Assembly: GCA_963702845.1 (NCBI GenBank)
Contig: OY969763.1
Span: 1,920,001-1,984,000, forward strand
Source: an uncultured Verrucomicrobiae bacterium
GTDB lineage: Bacteria > Verrucomicrobiota > Verrucomicrobiia > Limisphaerales > Palsa-1400
DNA length: 64,000 bases
Direction of reading: 5' to 3'
The notes under the pieces: model-generated
What the model saw: the letters and a program-made list of their open reading frames with translations, nothing else
Database searches by the model: none
What the model was told of the DNA's origin: nothing
Shown here: piece by piece, positions 21,270 to 31,988 of the stretch
How positions within the stretch are numbered: position 1 is the first letter of the stretch
Layout of the letters: each line of letters starts with the position of its first letter
Position numbers and translations under genes: made by a program

Positions 21270-21880
21270 ACCCAACAACGCTGCCGAGCGGATGGCACTG
21301 GATGGCAGATGAACGAACCCGATGAGTTCATCGCTATTGAGCAGCATCCCCGTGCGGCGCGACTGTCGACGCAATACATCTTCGATGTGGTCATGGAAGG
21401 GGTAATCGTCATTGGCGAGCGGAATGAGTTCGTTGCCGTGCGGATTTGCAAATACGCGGAGTGAGCCTGCTAAGTCGCGTGCAACATTCAAAGAATCTTC
21501 AAATCGCTCGGCTTTAACGGCGATACGAACAACTGCGGCATACAGCGGTCGTGAAACTTTGTTTTCAGCTGCATGGGTGAGTTCTGGCTTGTTTACGAAA
21601 TACGGTTTGCCATCGGCGTGTGACACGGACGCCATAATGCTGTCGGGCCAGTTCTCTTGAATGGACTGAAACAAAACCTGAAAAATCGCGACCTCATTGG
21701 GCTTCAATTCTGCGAGCGCTCCGACTATTCCAACAAACGGATCAAACTTGCCATTCTGAAGCGAAAACATGAATTCCCGCGCTAGACCAAATTCGACAAC
21801 GAGTGCTTCGTCGCCCTCGCATTCATTCCATGTTTCTTCCAGTTTGCTTTCGCGGTGTCGGAATGACGCCTCGGATAGGC
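21270..21880 (-). pseudogene. Internal fragment of the N-terminal region of a VirD4/TraD-like coupling protein
   Basis: VVEFGLAREFM, DPFVGIVGAL, IFQVLFQ, KVSRPLYAAVVRI, GMLLNSDELIGFVHLP. No start codon and no P-loop. Confidence 0.6.
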
Positions 21881-21914
21881 CAGGTGATATTTGCGTTGAC
21901 TACTGCTGAACCGG

Positions 21915-24587
21915 ATGCCGAATATCATCGTCAATACCTTCAACATGAGCGCATCGTGGGAAACAAGAATAGGCGTGCAAACGATTGTTTGGGGACGTTC
22001 CCTTAGGGATCAGTTCGCCGATATCGTAAGAACTATTCGCTCGCTTGGGATACACGGAATCGAAGTTTTTCAACAGCCTGGATTTTTGCCAACTCCAGAA
22101 GAATTCGAAAAGCTATTGGGCAACGATATCACTTTGCTAGGGCTCGCGGGCGGCAATATCGAAGACCGCGTCAATTTTGCAAAGAATTTAAAACAGAAAC
22201 CCTTGTTCATTTATTCGCAATCCGTTCAACAACAAGAATTGGATGTCATGGCGAATGGATTCACGATTGGACTGCACCCGCATCAATACTCGTCCGTCTC
22301 CACCTTTGCAGCCGCTCGGAGGGTTGCAACGCAACACCTGGGTAAACCAATTGAGATCATTTATGATACAGCTCACTCTTTCCTGGCTGGTGAGAATGTC
22401 CTAAAAGTACTGCAAGATCATGGAGATTGCATTCGTTATGTGCATCTGAAAGATTGGACTCCTCATTATGGGTCGTCGTTTTTTTCATATGCTAGAGGCT
22501 TTTGCGCAGCCGGCGAAGGGATAGCGCTACAGGACCCAAATTTGCGGCGCGAACTTATAAAATGGCTCTCTCAACGAGAGGACCGCTGGTTAATTATCGA
22601 GCAGGATTGGGTTGAACAATCGATCGAACGTCATCTTCGCAAATCATTGGATTGGATATTCGGGAAGGTTGCGTCGCTTCCTTCGGTGATATCAAAGCCT
22701 CAGAAAACCACTTCTCGTGCAAATGATTTGAGGTCTCTGGACAACGCGCAACAGGTGATGTTGTTGGAATTCAAAGCGCAAATGCTATCGTCTGTCCAAA
22801 GGCCGACCCTCTCCATTTACAAATTGGCATTGGATCATCTCGGAGAATTTGCACGCTGCAAGTACGCAACTGTTTGGGAAGTCAATTCGGCGTCTGAGCA
22901 TGCCGTCCTCAGAGCCACGTATGTACCAGTTGGGAGCATCCTTGCGAATCCGGAAGTTCAACAACTAGCTATTCGTCAATCACTGTCGTGGATAGCTGTT
23001 GAAAACGGGGCACCTCTGATTTGTTCCGATGTGCGAACGACTAAGGATGGAGGTCGAACATTTCAAGATCAGGGGATTGCAGAACAATTAAAACTCAAGG
23101 GAATGATTGTCCTTCCTATTTTTAACAGTTACAATCAGAACCAACCTGAATTAATAATTTGCCTGTTCCCACAGGTTCTTCATGTTTCCCTGTCGTTACT
23201 TGGGTTGGGTGAAGTTACGAAAGAGTTGCACACTGCGGTGAGCACGTCTCATCTGATCGACTGCGTAACATCTTCTCTTTCAGTTGCAATTGAGTCCTCT
23301 TGGCACTATACGACAACATCGCTTGCAAATGCAATCGACTGGCATGCAGCTCAGTCCAAGAGTTCCGATGAGTTTTTAAGCAGAGTCGCTGAGGTTACTG
23401 TAAACGCATTGGCTTGCGGTTCGGTGGAAATTTTTTGGCTAAACACAAGCGGTACCCTAAGCGTGCTGTATCCAAAGCCGAAAAAGCCACAAACAATCAC
23501 GTCAACGACGCCGACATGGCATTGGAGCGTAGTCAGCCGCGGTCAAAACGAGGAAGAAACGATCGACGGCCGTGGGCCGCTGATAGGGGGCCGAGTCCTC
23601 GCCTCTCCATTATATGCTCAAAGCATACCAATTAGCTCCGTAGTAGGGATGATTGCGTGTTTCGACAAGAAGACACCGGAGGGTGAATTACCAATCGGCC
23701 TGTTTTCGATGACGGACCTCGCGTTATTGGATTCGATACAGAGTGCTATAGCATTGCATCTGGTAAGGATGATGGAAGATGAAGCGTACGTTCGACAGAT
23801 GCGGAGAATCGTTCACGAATTACGCGAACCGCTGACGATTTTTCGAGGTGCTTCAAGCGCGGCAATAGCAGAGATGAAAAAACAAAACTGGGTCTTCCCT
23901 GGAAAAGACCATCTCCAGGTGTTTCGACGATATCTGGGAACGATGGAACAAACAGCGGCCATGATCGGATTTGCACAGAGTGATTTTCAGGTAACTTTGC
24001 AGCGCAGCAGATGTCTTTTGTTTGAACAAGTTATTCAGCCGGCCCTCGACGATTTGGAGGTGCTGCTGAGTAATCACAAACTGACCCGAGATCAAATCGA
24101 CATATCGAGAGCTCTCGGTGGCGACGCGTTGTATTTGGACGCTTTTCGGATGAGACAAGTCGTATTCAATCTTCTTGTTAACGCTGTGAAATACACCAAG
24201 CGTAAAAACAATGGAGAAGTCGACCCTGAACTCTTCCGAGTTGAAATCGAGGGAAGATCAAGTGGGGCTAAAAGTCTTCTTATAGTGAGAGATTTTGGAA
24301 TTGGAATTCCGCGAGACTATGAAGAAGCTATTTTCAACGAAGGGGTCCGTGCACCAAACGCGGTAGGTACAGGAGTTGTAGGAGACGGCTTAGGCCTGCA
24401 CATCGTTAAACAAATTCTTTTAGCTCATGAAGCAACTATTCGCGTCACGCACGAGGCTGATTATGCGGGATTGCACACTCCTGCAACTGTGATGGTCATC
24501 GAATTCCCCGCCAAATTAAAAGAACCCGCCTACAAACAACCCTTGCAAGCAGACATATCACAGACGAGCAACAAACTATCATTATGA
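21915..24587 (+). CDS. Soluble histidine kinase with N-terminal sugar-isomerase-like TIM barrel and GAF-like domains
   Basis: TIM motifs GIE, LHPH, DTAH, HLKD, IEQD; kinase boxes HELREPL, NLLVNAVKY, DFGIGI, GDGLGL. Start may be 21945. Confidence 0.88.
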   Translation: MPNIIVNTFNMSASWETRIGVQTIVWGRSLRDQFADIVRTIRSLGIHGIEVFQQPGFLPTPEEFEKLLGNDITLLGLAGGNIEDRVNFAKNLKQKPLFIYSQSVQQQELDVMANGFTIGLHPHQYSSVSTFAAARRVATQHLGKPIEIIYDTAHSFLAGENVLKVLQDHGDCIRYVHLKDWTPHYGSSFFSYARGFCAAGEGIALQDPNLRRELIKWLSQREDRWLIIEQDWVEQSIERHLRKSLDWIFGKVASLPSVISKPQKTTSRANDLRSLDNAQQVMLLEFKAQMLSSVQRPTLSIYKLALDHLGEFARCKYATVWEVNSASEHAVLRATYVPVGSILANPEVQQLAIRQSLSWIAVENGAPLICSDVRTTKDGGRTFQDQGIAEQLKLKGMIVLPIFNSYNQNQPELIICLFPQVLHVSLSLLGLGEVTKELHTAVSTSHLIDCVTSSLSVAIESSWHYTTTSLANAIDWHAAQSKSSDEFLSRVAEVTVNALACGSVEIFWLNTSGTLSVLYPKPKKPQTITSTTPTWHWSVVSRGQNEEETIDGRGPLIGGRVLASPLYAQSIPISSVVGMIACFDKKTPEGELPIGLFSMTDLALLDSIQSAIALHLVRMMEDEAYVRQMRRIVHELREPLTIFRGASSAAIAEMKKQNWVFPGKDHLQVFRRYLGTMEQTAAMIGFAQSDFQVTLQRSRCLLFEQVIQPALDDLEVLLSNHKLTRDQIDISRALGGDALYLDAFRMRQVVFNLLVNAVKYTKRKNNGEVDPELFRVEIEGRSSGAKSLLIVRDFGIGIPRDYEEAIFNEGVRAPNAVGTGVVGDGLGLHIVKQILLAHEATIRVTHEADYAGLHTPATVMVIEFPAKLKEPAYKQPLQADISQTSNKLSL

Positions 24588-25093
24588 AAGAGACACCTGT
24601 CGTAATCTTTATCGACGATGAACCGGACCAGATTCAATATTTCATGGATCAAATAAACGGGATGATTTTGCCCGGGGAAAGCGAGGCGGCGACGGTTTTG
24701 CATCATAAGGTTGATGGAGCGGTAGAGTTCCTTCAAGCTTTCAGACCGGAAATTAAGGCGGTAATTATAGATATAAAGATGCCACCTGGATTAACTTTTC
24801 AGGAAGACGATCATGACCAGAATCTGCGCACGGGGCTGCTCCTTTTTGAGCATCTAGATGGGATTCAAAAGAAATACGACGTAAATCGCGGTCACCCATT
24901 GCCCTTGGCCTTTTTAACTCAATTAAATGACAAAAAAATTCATTCGGATATGACGGAATTATTTCATCGACTTCGACCGCTTGAATTGCCCCGGATTGGT
25001 ATCTGGATAAAAGTAGGTCTTGAACCACGTGACTTTGCTGTTCAATTCGACGAATGGCTTGCTGCAATTCACGAACTGTATGGGATTAAATGA
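24584..25093 (+). CDS. Stand-alone response regulator receiver protein
   Basis: IFIDDE, IIDIKMP, FLT, WIK; start overlaps the kinase stop (ATGA). Confidence 0.85.
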   Translation: MKETPVVIFIDDEPDQIQYFMDQINGMILPGESEAATVLHHKVDGAVEFLQAFRPEIKAVIIDIKMPPGLTFQEDDHDQNLRTGLLLFEHLDGIQKKYDVNRGHPLPLAFLTQLNDKKIHSDMTELFHRLRPLELPRIGIWIKVGLEPRDFAVQFDEWLAAIHELYGIK

Positions 25094-25605
25094 CACAAAA
25101 CCAAATTACCGGAGCCTCCTAGCGTATAAAATATTCCGGCATTGGACTGTCACATACAGGTGCTCAAATTAATTTTGACGATATGCTTCGAGCGCGCTAT
25201 CAATTAGCGCTCCCTTTAAGAACCGCTCAGTTGGACGCCATGGGTGGAACCGTCTCTGGTCGTTAGCAGAACCAAAGTAGCCAGTTCGTAGGTCGAAATA
25301 TATTGCAAGTGAAGTTGCGTTCGTTGTGAAACAACCAAATCTCTACTCGTAAGTTGAATCAACGTCTTACGAGAGAAAATAAATACTATGGGTGAACAAA
25401 AATTGTCGCAAGTTACGGATTTCATTTACCATGCGATCCCAATTTCAGAGTTGGAAAAGCAAGTATTATCCACAACGATATTTAATCGACTTCACAATGT
25501 CCTTCAAAACTCCACTGTCTATTTTACATACCCATGTAATAGAACTGGGCTTGCCTCGATTTGGTAGACAGGGAGTGTCTGAGTGCGCATGAGACATTGG
25601 GATTA

Positions 25606-26445
25606 TTAGTTAAGGTTTGATTCGAAGTCCACAGGTGATTGGTAACCGAGAGCGCTGTGGAACCGCTTGCGGTTATAAAAGACTTCGATCCATTCAAAGA
25701 TGGCGGCACGAGCTTCAGCTCGAGTCGCGAAGTGGCTGCGGTGGACCAAACCGCATTTGAGCGTGCTCCAAAAACTTTCCATCAGCGCATTGTCATAGCA
25801 GTTGCCGCGACGGCTCATGCTCGGGATCACGCCCGCCTGGCAGAGGCGTTGACGATAGGCCGAGCTGGCATACTGCACGCCGCGATCGGAATGATGCACC
25901 AATCCGCTGGGCGGTTGGCGTTGCTTGAGTGCCATCTCCAGAGCGGCCAAAGGCAATGTTGTTGCCAACGTCTCGTCGAAAGCCCAACCGATGCAGCGAC
26001 GTGTGCAGCGATCGACCACGCCAGCGACATAAAGCCAGCCTTCATCGGTGGGCACGTAGGTGATGTCGGCAACCCACACGGTGTTCGGCTGCTGCGTGGG
26101 TTGACGATGGGCCAGCAAATTAGGCGCGACTGGAAAGTCGTGATTGCTGTCGGTCAAACTCAGGGGGCGAAAGCGTCGGCGCCGACGAGCTGATAAACCG
26201 ATACGTCGCATCAATCGGCTCACACGCATGCGACCGCATCGATGGCCGCGCTCGCGTAGCCAGCGCATGACGCAAGGACTGCCATAGCTTTGGCGGCCTT
26301 CCTGGTGGGCCGCTTCGATCAGCGGCAGCAACAGCGCGTCGGCTTGAGCGCGAGGTCCCGGCTGGCGACATGCCCAATCGTGATAGCCGCTGCGCGTGAC
26401 CTCCAGGGCCTCACAGAGTTGGCTGATGGAATATTCGTGCTGCAT
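25606..26445 (-). CDS. IS3 transposase OrfB (DDE/rve)
   Basis: WVADITY, HHSDRGVQY, GNCYDNALMESFWSTLK. Confidence 0.95.
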   Translation of the reverse strand: MQHEYSISQLCEALEVTRSGYHDWACRQPGPRAQADALLLPLIEAAHQEGRQSYGSPCVMRWLRERGHRCGRMRVSRLMRRIGLSARRRRRFRPLSLTDSNHDFPVAPNLLAHRQPTQQPNTVWVADITYVPTDEGWLYVAGVVDRCTRRCIGWAFDETLATTLPLAALEMALKQRQPPSGLVHHSDRGVQYASSAYRQRLCQAGVIPSMSRRGNCYDNALMESFWSTLKCGLVHRSHFATRAEARAAIFEWIEVFYNRKRFHSALGYQSPVDFESNLN

Positions 26446-26764
26446 GGCGTTTATCCGTTGGAACCGTTCTCGGGCGCTTCGGAGAGGATGCCCAACGTTT
26501 TTTTAATATGTCGCGTTGGATACTGATACGGCGCAGCTCCCGTTGCAGCCGGCGGTTCTCCGCTTGCATCGCTTCCATCGTTCCGGCGACTTGACCGGCC
26601 GGCAGTTGGTTGAACTGCTTGCGCCAGTAATGGAGGCTGTTGACGTTGACGCCCAGTTCGGTGGCGATCTGCCGAACCGACTTGCCGCTGAGCATCAGAT
26701 GCTCAACGGCAGAGCGCTTAAAGTTCTCATCATAATGTTTTCGGGTAGTGGTTTCGTTACTCAT
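26411..26764 (-). CDS. IS3 transposase OrfA (HTH plus leucine zipper)
   Basis: RKHYDENFKRSAV, SVRQIATELGV, ENRRLQREL...QRDILKK ending at an A-run slippery site. Confidence 0.92.
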   Translation of the reverse strand: MSNETTTRKHYDENFKRSAVEHLMLSGKSVRQIATELGVNVNSLHYWRKQFNQLPAGQVAGTMEAMQAENRRLQRELRRISIQRDILKKRWASSPKRPRTVPTDKRHAARIFHQPTL

Positions 26765-27867
26765 GTGTGCTGGTCCCTAGCTCACACGTTCAGACACTCC
26801 CTGTCCACCAAATCGAGGCAAGCCCACAAGTCCGGAAAAAGCACGTTTGAATTTGCGCCCTCCATTAGAGCTATAAGCACTATTGAGGAGTTCTACTCCC
26901 AAAGAATGTTTCTTTATAAATACGTAATATACCACCACCGGGTCGTCAAATTTGACGCATTACTTCGAGAAACGATTGTAGGGTTAGCAAAGGCGTGGCT
27001 TGATCAAAAGGATCGCTACTACCAATTAGATCCAGATAAAGACAACAACTTACTGCCTACCGACATCTCCGGTTTATGGAAAATTCTCGATCCTAAAATG
27101 GCAATACTCCCTAGAACGGTTGTTAATTACTACACCCAGTGGGATGACTTTTGGCTGTTGACAGTTCTTCGCACCCATTTTTTTAAGGAATCGGCAAACT
27201 CAAAGAAAAAGCTGCTTCACATTCAGCTCGAGGAGATTCTGTCAAATCACAAGTTTTACTACTCGCTCTTCAAAAGAGTCGACTCGTTCTTAGAAATCGA
27301 TAAAACTTTCATTGAGGAGGCAATGGGCGAAGCCATTAACGGCATCCTAGAACCTGAGCTGATTGCTTTAATACCGAAGGAGGCTGAAGTTACCGAAAAG
27401 ACGAGTTTGAAGACAGCTATCAGAGAGCTTGTACTTTTTCTGAAAAAGTATAAAATTGCATCAGATAGCAATGATGAATTTCGCGTGGCGCGGTTGTTTC
27501 AGCGCAAGGGGTTCTTTTTGACGCAGTTGGTTAATCTATTGACGAGTTTAGGTGTTTCAATGGAGTGGGTGTCGACCTCGGCCAAGAGCCTTCAAGCGAC
27601 ATTTAAATTGGATGATGTCTTTGTGATTCACAAACGGTTGCGACCTGGAATTAAGAGTGAAATGCACTTAGCGCACGAGGAAGGGTTCGTCAAGATGGCC
27701 AATGTGTCGGGGATCGCCGAAAAATTAAGACGGGATGCGAATCTGTTCCCCCCGTTCTTTGTTTACTACTACAAGGAAGACGAAATGGCTGTAGACGTGT
27801 CGCTAATGAAAAAGGCGCTGGGAAAAGAGCTATTTGAACAATTCAGAAAAAAACGAAAGGAGATTCA

Positions 27868-28083
27868 ATGAGTGGAAAATCGATGATTCGAAGACGAGAC
27901 CTCATCAAGTTGATCTATCGCCTCGACACGTTTAGCGAAGAAGAACTCAGGGAAAAATTCAGGGATGAAACCCGAGGGGACATGTCAATTGGGGGATGTC
28001 AGACGATTAAAGATTATATCAATGACCTAACCCAGATAGGCAGCCTTCGTTACGAAGACGGACGATATTCGGTTGCTCCGTAA
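27868..28083 (+). CDS. Small hypothetical protein, possibly winged-helix
   Basis: 71 aa, preceded by an AGGAG RBS, coupled to the HD gene (ATGA); ends GSLRYEDGRYSV. Confidence 0.7.
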   Translation: MSGKSMIRRRDLIKLIYRLDTFSEEELREKFRDETRGDMSIGGCQTIKDYINDLTQIGSLRYEDGRYSVAP

Positions 28084-28086
28084 CGC

Positions 28087-28118
28087 AAACACCCAAAGCT
28101 GAACTTTGGGTGTTTTTT
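28087..28118 (+). terminator. Intrinsic terminator
   Basis: AAACACCCAAAG-ctgaa-CTTTGGGTGTTT running into a T tract directly after the stop codon. Confidence 0.8.
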
Positions 28119-28636
28119 ATGCTCTTTGTGAGACAACATCAGTTTGCCCGTGATTCGTTTGCCCCTGGGGAGGTCGCCGATGGCAGGCGGAATACAGGGG
28201 ATTCGGGAAGCTCGCCCCTCGGAATCCACACAACTTGCACGGAAAAAATCCCTCTTGCGACGGGGACCTACTCCTCAGCGACTAGAACGTTTCGTCTGGG
28301 TCGTCGCGCGCTTCGGGCCTATCCTAATCCGCAAGGCGGCTGTATAACCGCGACTCGACGGCATCAACGCACTCCTCTATGCGCTCGAACGAGCGGGCAA
28401 TGGAGATAGTGATGTCGCCGCCGCTTTTGTAAACGATACGCTCGAGTATTTTGAGGTCGTGTTTCTTGCCAGAAACTCCTCGCATTCCATGATGAAATTC
28501 GCCGACGTGTCTCAGCGAGCCAGGTTCCGGGGCAGAAGCCCTCATTGGTTTGTATCTACGATTTACACCTCAATGATTTGCTGATTCGAAGTGTCGGAGT
28601 AAAGACCTAGTCCCCGATGCTGTTCAAACAGCGATT

Positions 28637-29563
28637 GTGCGAGAAGTGACAATATTGTATGAGAACATCATGGATCTGAAGCAACTCATTCGTATCACCG
28701 AAGGTGGGGATCAGGCAAATAATAGGCTTTTGGAGATTGCCAACCATGTCGAAAGGCAACGACGCTTCGTTGAAAACATCTTACGAAATCCGATCGCCGA
28801 CATGGCTGATAAGTTAGTTCAAGCGACCACGATAATGCAGCAGCTTAACGGCCCCATGGCAAATATTGCGCTCCAGATGGAACGCGACTGGCTCGCAATC
28901 CAAAACTGTACAGTTTCTGCTTGGGAAATCATTCAAAGATCTGTCGAACAGCAAAACCGCCTGGCCGCGTTATTCAAATTCCATTTGCACGAATACCTTG
29001 AACCGTTGATGCAATTCGACGGCGGAGGGGAAAATAGTACGTCCTTGTACCTTCTGCAGTTGCCCGAGAGTTCTCCAGAAGACCCGGAAGGAATTATTCA
29101 GGTGACGGGCGCTCTATCCAAAGATCTTGTCCAGCGGTTTTCGGATAGACCGTCAGAGCTTAGAAATCTCGGCCACAGGCAGTTTGAAGAATTGATCGCT
29201 GAACTATTCTCTGGATTTGGATACGAAGTTGAATTGACGTTAAAAACGCGCGACGGTGGTCGCGATGTCATCGCAATACGAAAACGTGAGGTCGTCGTGA
29301 AATATCTTATTGAATGCAAACGCCCACGCGACGGCACCCCGGTTCGCATACAACCTGTTCGAGAACTTCTTGGCGTTAAAGCTCATGAAAGAGCTACCAA
29401 AGCGATTCTAGCTACGACCACGTTCTTCACGCCGGACGCCATACGTTTTTCGAAGGAGCACGAGTGGGAATTAGAGTTAAGGGATTTTGAAGGTCTCCAA
29501 TGTTGGTTTGTGGATTATTTGCAAATAAAAACTAGCCAGAAACCTGAATGGGCAAGTTCCTAA
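28637..29563 (+). CDS. Mrr-like PD-(D/E)xK restriction endonuclease with helical N-terminus
   Basis: FEELIAELF..GYEVELT..TRDGGRDVIA, IECKR, VRELLG, ATTTFFT.DA. Confidence 0.88.
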   Translation: MREVTILYENIMDLKQLIRITEGGDQANNRLLEIANHVERQRRFVENILRNPIADMADKLVQATTIMQQLNGPMANIALQMERDWLAIQNCTVSAWEIIQRSVEQQNRLAALFKFHLHEYLEPLMQFDGGGENSTSLYLLQLPESSPEDPEGIIQVTGALSKDLVQRFSDRPSELRNLGHRQFEELIAELFSGFGYEVELTLKTRDGGRDVIAIRKREVVVKYLIECKRPRDGTPVRIQPVRELLGVKAHERATKAILATTTFFTPDAIRFSKEHEWELELRDFEGLQCWFVDYLQIKTSQKPEWASS

Positions 29564-29604
29564 CGATGGCTCGACGAATTGGATAGCCGCGTTGTGTTAA
29601 TAAA

Positions 29605-29868
29605 TTACGGACGTTTAGGCAGACGCGATTTAATAGTATTTGCAAAGTCGCGTAGCGCTTGGTCTCCTCGGATGGAGGTTTGTTCTACGGCTTTCGCCTC
29701 AAGCTCACGAATCAAACTGTTTCGTTCATCTTCGAGAATATCCTGAACCCAGCCTATAAATGAATTTTGCAAATCTTCGATCTTTGGCTGGCGGCCTGGT
29801 CGCCGGAATTGGCTGGTAATATTATCCGCCATAAATTTGGCCCATTGATCGACATTCATCGCTGGCAT
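29605..29868 (-). CDS. Small hypothetical protein
   Basis: 87 aa helical ORF with no recognised motif. Confidence 0.5.
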   Translation of the reverse strand: MPAMNVDQWAKFMADNITSQFRRPGRQPKIEDLQNSFIGWVQDILEDERNSLIRELEAKAVEQTSIRGDQALRDFANTIKSRLPKRP

Positions 29869-30032
29869 GCTTCTGAATCTATTCCGCCGGATGTTATTTA
29901 CAACTTCAATAGAAGGTAGGCGTATTTGACAGCGGTTTCACGTGAACTACGTTTATCAATTAGTCACTGCTTCGCGGCAGTTGTGTTCGTGCGCAACCCC
30001 AATTCGGGCGCAGATTGTGCGAGAGGTAAAAG

Positions 30033-30624
30033 ATGCCAGGGATCTCGACAGTGAACTACAAAGGAACGCAATTCACAGGCGACGTGTTTGTCGTTCAGAT
30101 CGCTGTTTGGAATGCGGGGCGGGAACCGATGCGGACGGATGATGTAATAAAATCTATTGTTCTGCGGTTTCCTACGAATTGTGTCGTTCTACAAGCTAAG
30201 ACGATCAAAACGCAACGTGAGGTGATCGGATGGAACCTAGATACTCCGACAAATGCTTTCCTGACGGGAATTTCGCTCAAGTGGAAAGTTTTGGAACATA
30301 ATGACGGGGCGTTAATTCTAGTTATTTATAGTGACCCGTTGAATGCGCCAATTGGTTGCGAGGGGGGTTGTAGTTGGCCAAGAGTATCCAGAATGGTTAA
30401 CGTCGCAAAGTCGGTCTGCTGAAACATATACGTCAGCGTTGGTTCTGTTCGTCGCTTGGTGCTATGTAACTATGCCAAACATAGAGAAGAAACTAAGCAG
30501 GCGATGGAGTTTGGTTTCTTTGCTCTTTGGCGGCGTATTCGCACTTTTCATGTTTTACTTATACTTTCACGCAATTTTTTCACGTCAGAACGACGCCGTT
30601 TGGATTCTAAAAGAACTGCATTAG
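30033..30624 (+). pseudogene. Fragmented membrane-associated hypothetical gene
   Basis: Two overlapping ORFs (IAVWNAGREPM... then two TM segments) joined by a frameshift near 30365; the 5' end looks truncated. Confidence 0.5.
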
Positions 30625-30833
30625 GCAAGCACGGCCACCTGCGATGACGAGCGGCATTCTTTTCTTCATGTTTGCGTTCGCGAATTGATAGAAAACATCA
30701 AAGGTCTTGTCGCTAAAAATACCTGCGAAATTGCGAAACCCTGGGTCATCCACCCCGACGTTGTAGTATTGCGAATCCTCAAGGTCTTTGTACGCGCGGT
30801 GTCAAAATTGCACAGACCTCCCGTGAAAAAACA

Positions 30834-31045
30834 CAAAAATTAAATTACGGTTGCGGATCAATCGTGAACTCGGCATTTCCAAATGCGATTATTCCCGACG
30901 GCTTCGATATAATCTCACGAGTTTTTGAAACATCTCCCACTTCTATCGCCGTCGAATCTGTCGCTTTTCCCATCGTCACCATCCGCCCAGCGATCGTTCG
31001 TTTGATGAGTTCTTCTCGAAAGCCGGAGCGAAGGCATTCGTGACT
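30834..31045 (-). pseudogene. 3' remnant of a large serine recombinase (paralogue of 41836-42573)
   Basis: CLRSGFREELIKRTIAGR...FGNAEFTIDPQP* closely matches the end of the 41836 ORF. Confidence 0.85.
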
Positions 31046-31108
31046 TGCCGAACGAGGCAAGGCGCAGTGTCTGTTCAAAATGTTTCAAGAGAAATACTCT
31101 GGTCACAT

Positions 31109-31330
31109 ATGAAAAATATTAATGCAAAACCAAATAGCGGTCGAGAGGAGGGTCTGGGGCAAGATGCATTGAAGTTGTTAATCGAATCCTTAGCAGATTT
31201 GATTGCGAAGGTGCGAATTGACCTGTTGCAGCAAGGTGGTGAAATCCTCGCCAAAGTTCGGGAAGTGAACGATTCGGTCGGTAATGTTCGCCGTGAAATT
31301 CAACGGCATGTCCAAAGAGGTGATTCGTAA
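31109..31330 (+). CDS. Small coiled-coil hypothetical protein
   Basis: ATG at 31109, 73 aa, directly upstream of the methylase. Confidence 0.45.
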   Translation: MKNINAKPNSGREEGLGQDALKLLIESLADLIAKVRIDLLQQGGEILAKVREVNDSVGNVRREIQRHVQRGDS

Positions 31331-31339
31331 TGAACGCTG

Positions 31340-31964
31340 ATGGCACAAGCTATCGTAGTGAGTCTTTTCGACTACACCTGCAACATGGTGCAACCTTGGG
31401 CAGAAGCGGGGTTCCTCTGTTACTGCGTGGATATAAAACATCCTGCCGGCGAACACCGCGATGGGAACATTGTTTGTGTCGGTGCTGACGTACACGAATG
31501 GTTACCTCCCTATGGCCCCGTAAAGATTTTATTCGCATTTCCGCCATGCACGCATGTGGCAGCAAGCGGCGCACGTTGGTTTAAAGATAAAGGTCTCGGT
31601 GGTCTAATTGATTCGCTTCAACTGTTCGACGCGGCCGTGCGTTTGGCGGAGTGGACAAAAGCACCGTATATGATCGAAAATCCCGTCATGTACCATTTCA
31701 ACCTACTGGCGCAAACCAAATCACACATTCAATCCATGTGATTTTGGCGGATATATCAATCCCTCCTACGATGCATATACCAAGAAAACATGTCTGTGGA
31801 CCGGAAACGGGTTCGTGATGCCAAAAGCGAAACGCGTGCGACCGGTGCTCGGCAGTAAAATGCATCGTCTGCCTCCGTCGCCGTCGCGCTCGGCATTGCG
31901 GTCGGAGACGCCGCGTGGATTTGCGCAGGCTGTGTTTAGCGCGAACCGTGGACGGACCTCTTAA
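31340..31964 (+). CDS. Short phage-type DNA cytosine (C5) methyltransferase, frameshifted near 31688
   Basis: SLFD, FAFPPCTH and MIENPV; next frame STYWRKP, YTKKTCLW, RSETPRGFA. Confidence 0.8.
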
Positions 31965-31988
31965 CGCCGGGAATGACGTGTGAAGTTC

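Larger units (their letters stand above)
25546..26826 (-). mobile_element. IS3-family insertion sequence, 1281 bp
   Basis: 37 bp terminal inverted repeats TGGGCTTGCCTCGATTTGGT(A/G)GACAGGGAGTGTCTGA with one mismatch; TG...CA ends; no target duplication. Confidence 0.95.
25388..27871 (+). pseudogene. HD-superfamily (dNTPase/SAMHD1-like) phosphohydrolase interrupted by IS3, catalytic middle missing
   Basis: 25388-25545 reads MGEQKLSQVTDFIYHAIPISELEKQVLSTTIFNRLHNVLQNSTVYFTYPCNR. After 26827 it resumes at ...IEEFYSQRMFLYKYVIYHHRV. No RFxHS, HD or DRxDY motifs remain. Confidence 0.8.

Noticed and set aside
26516..26826. N-terminal part of the 451 aa ORF 26516-27871
   Set aside because: It is antisense read-through of IS3 orfA; only the part after 26827 belongs to the HD gene.
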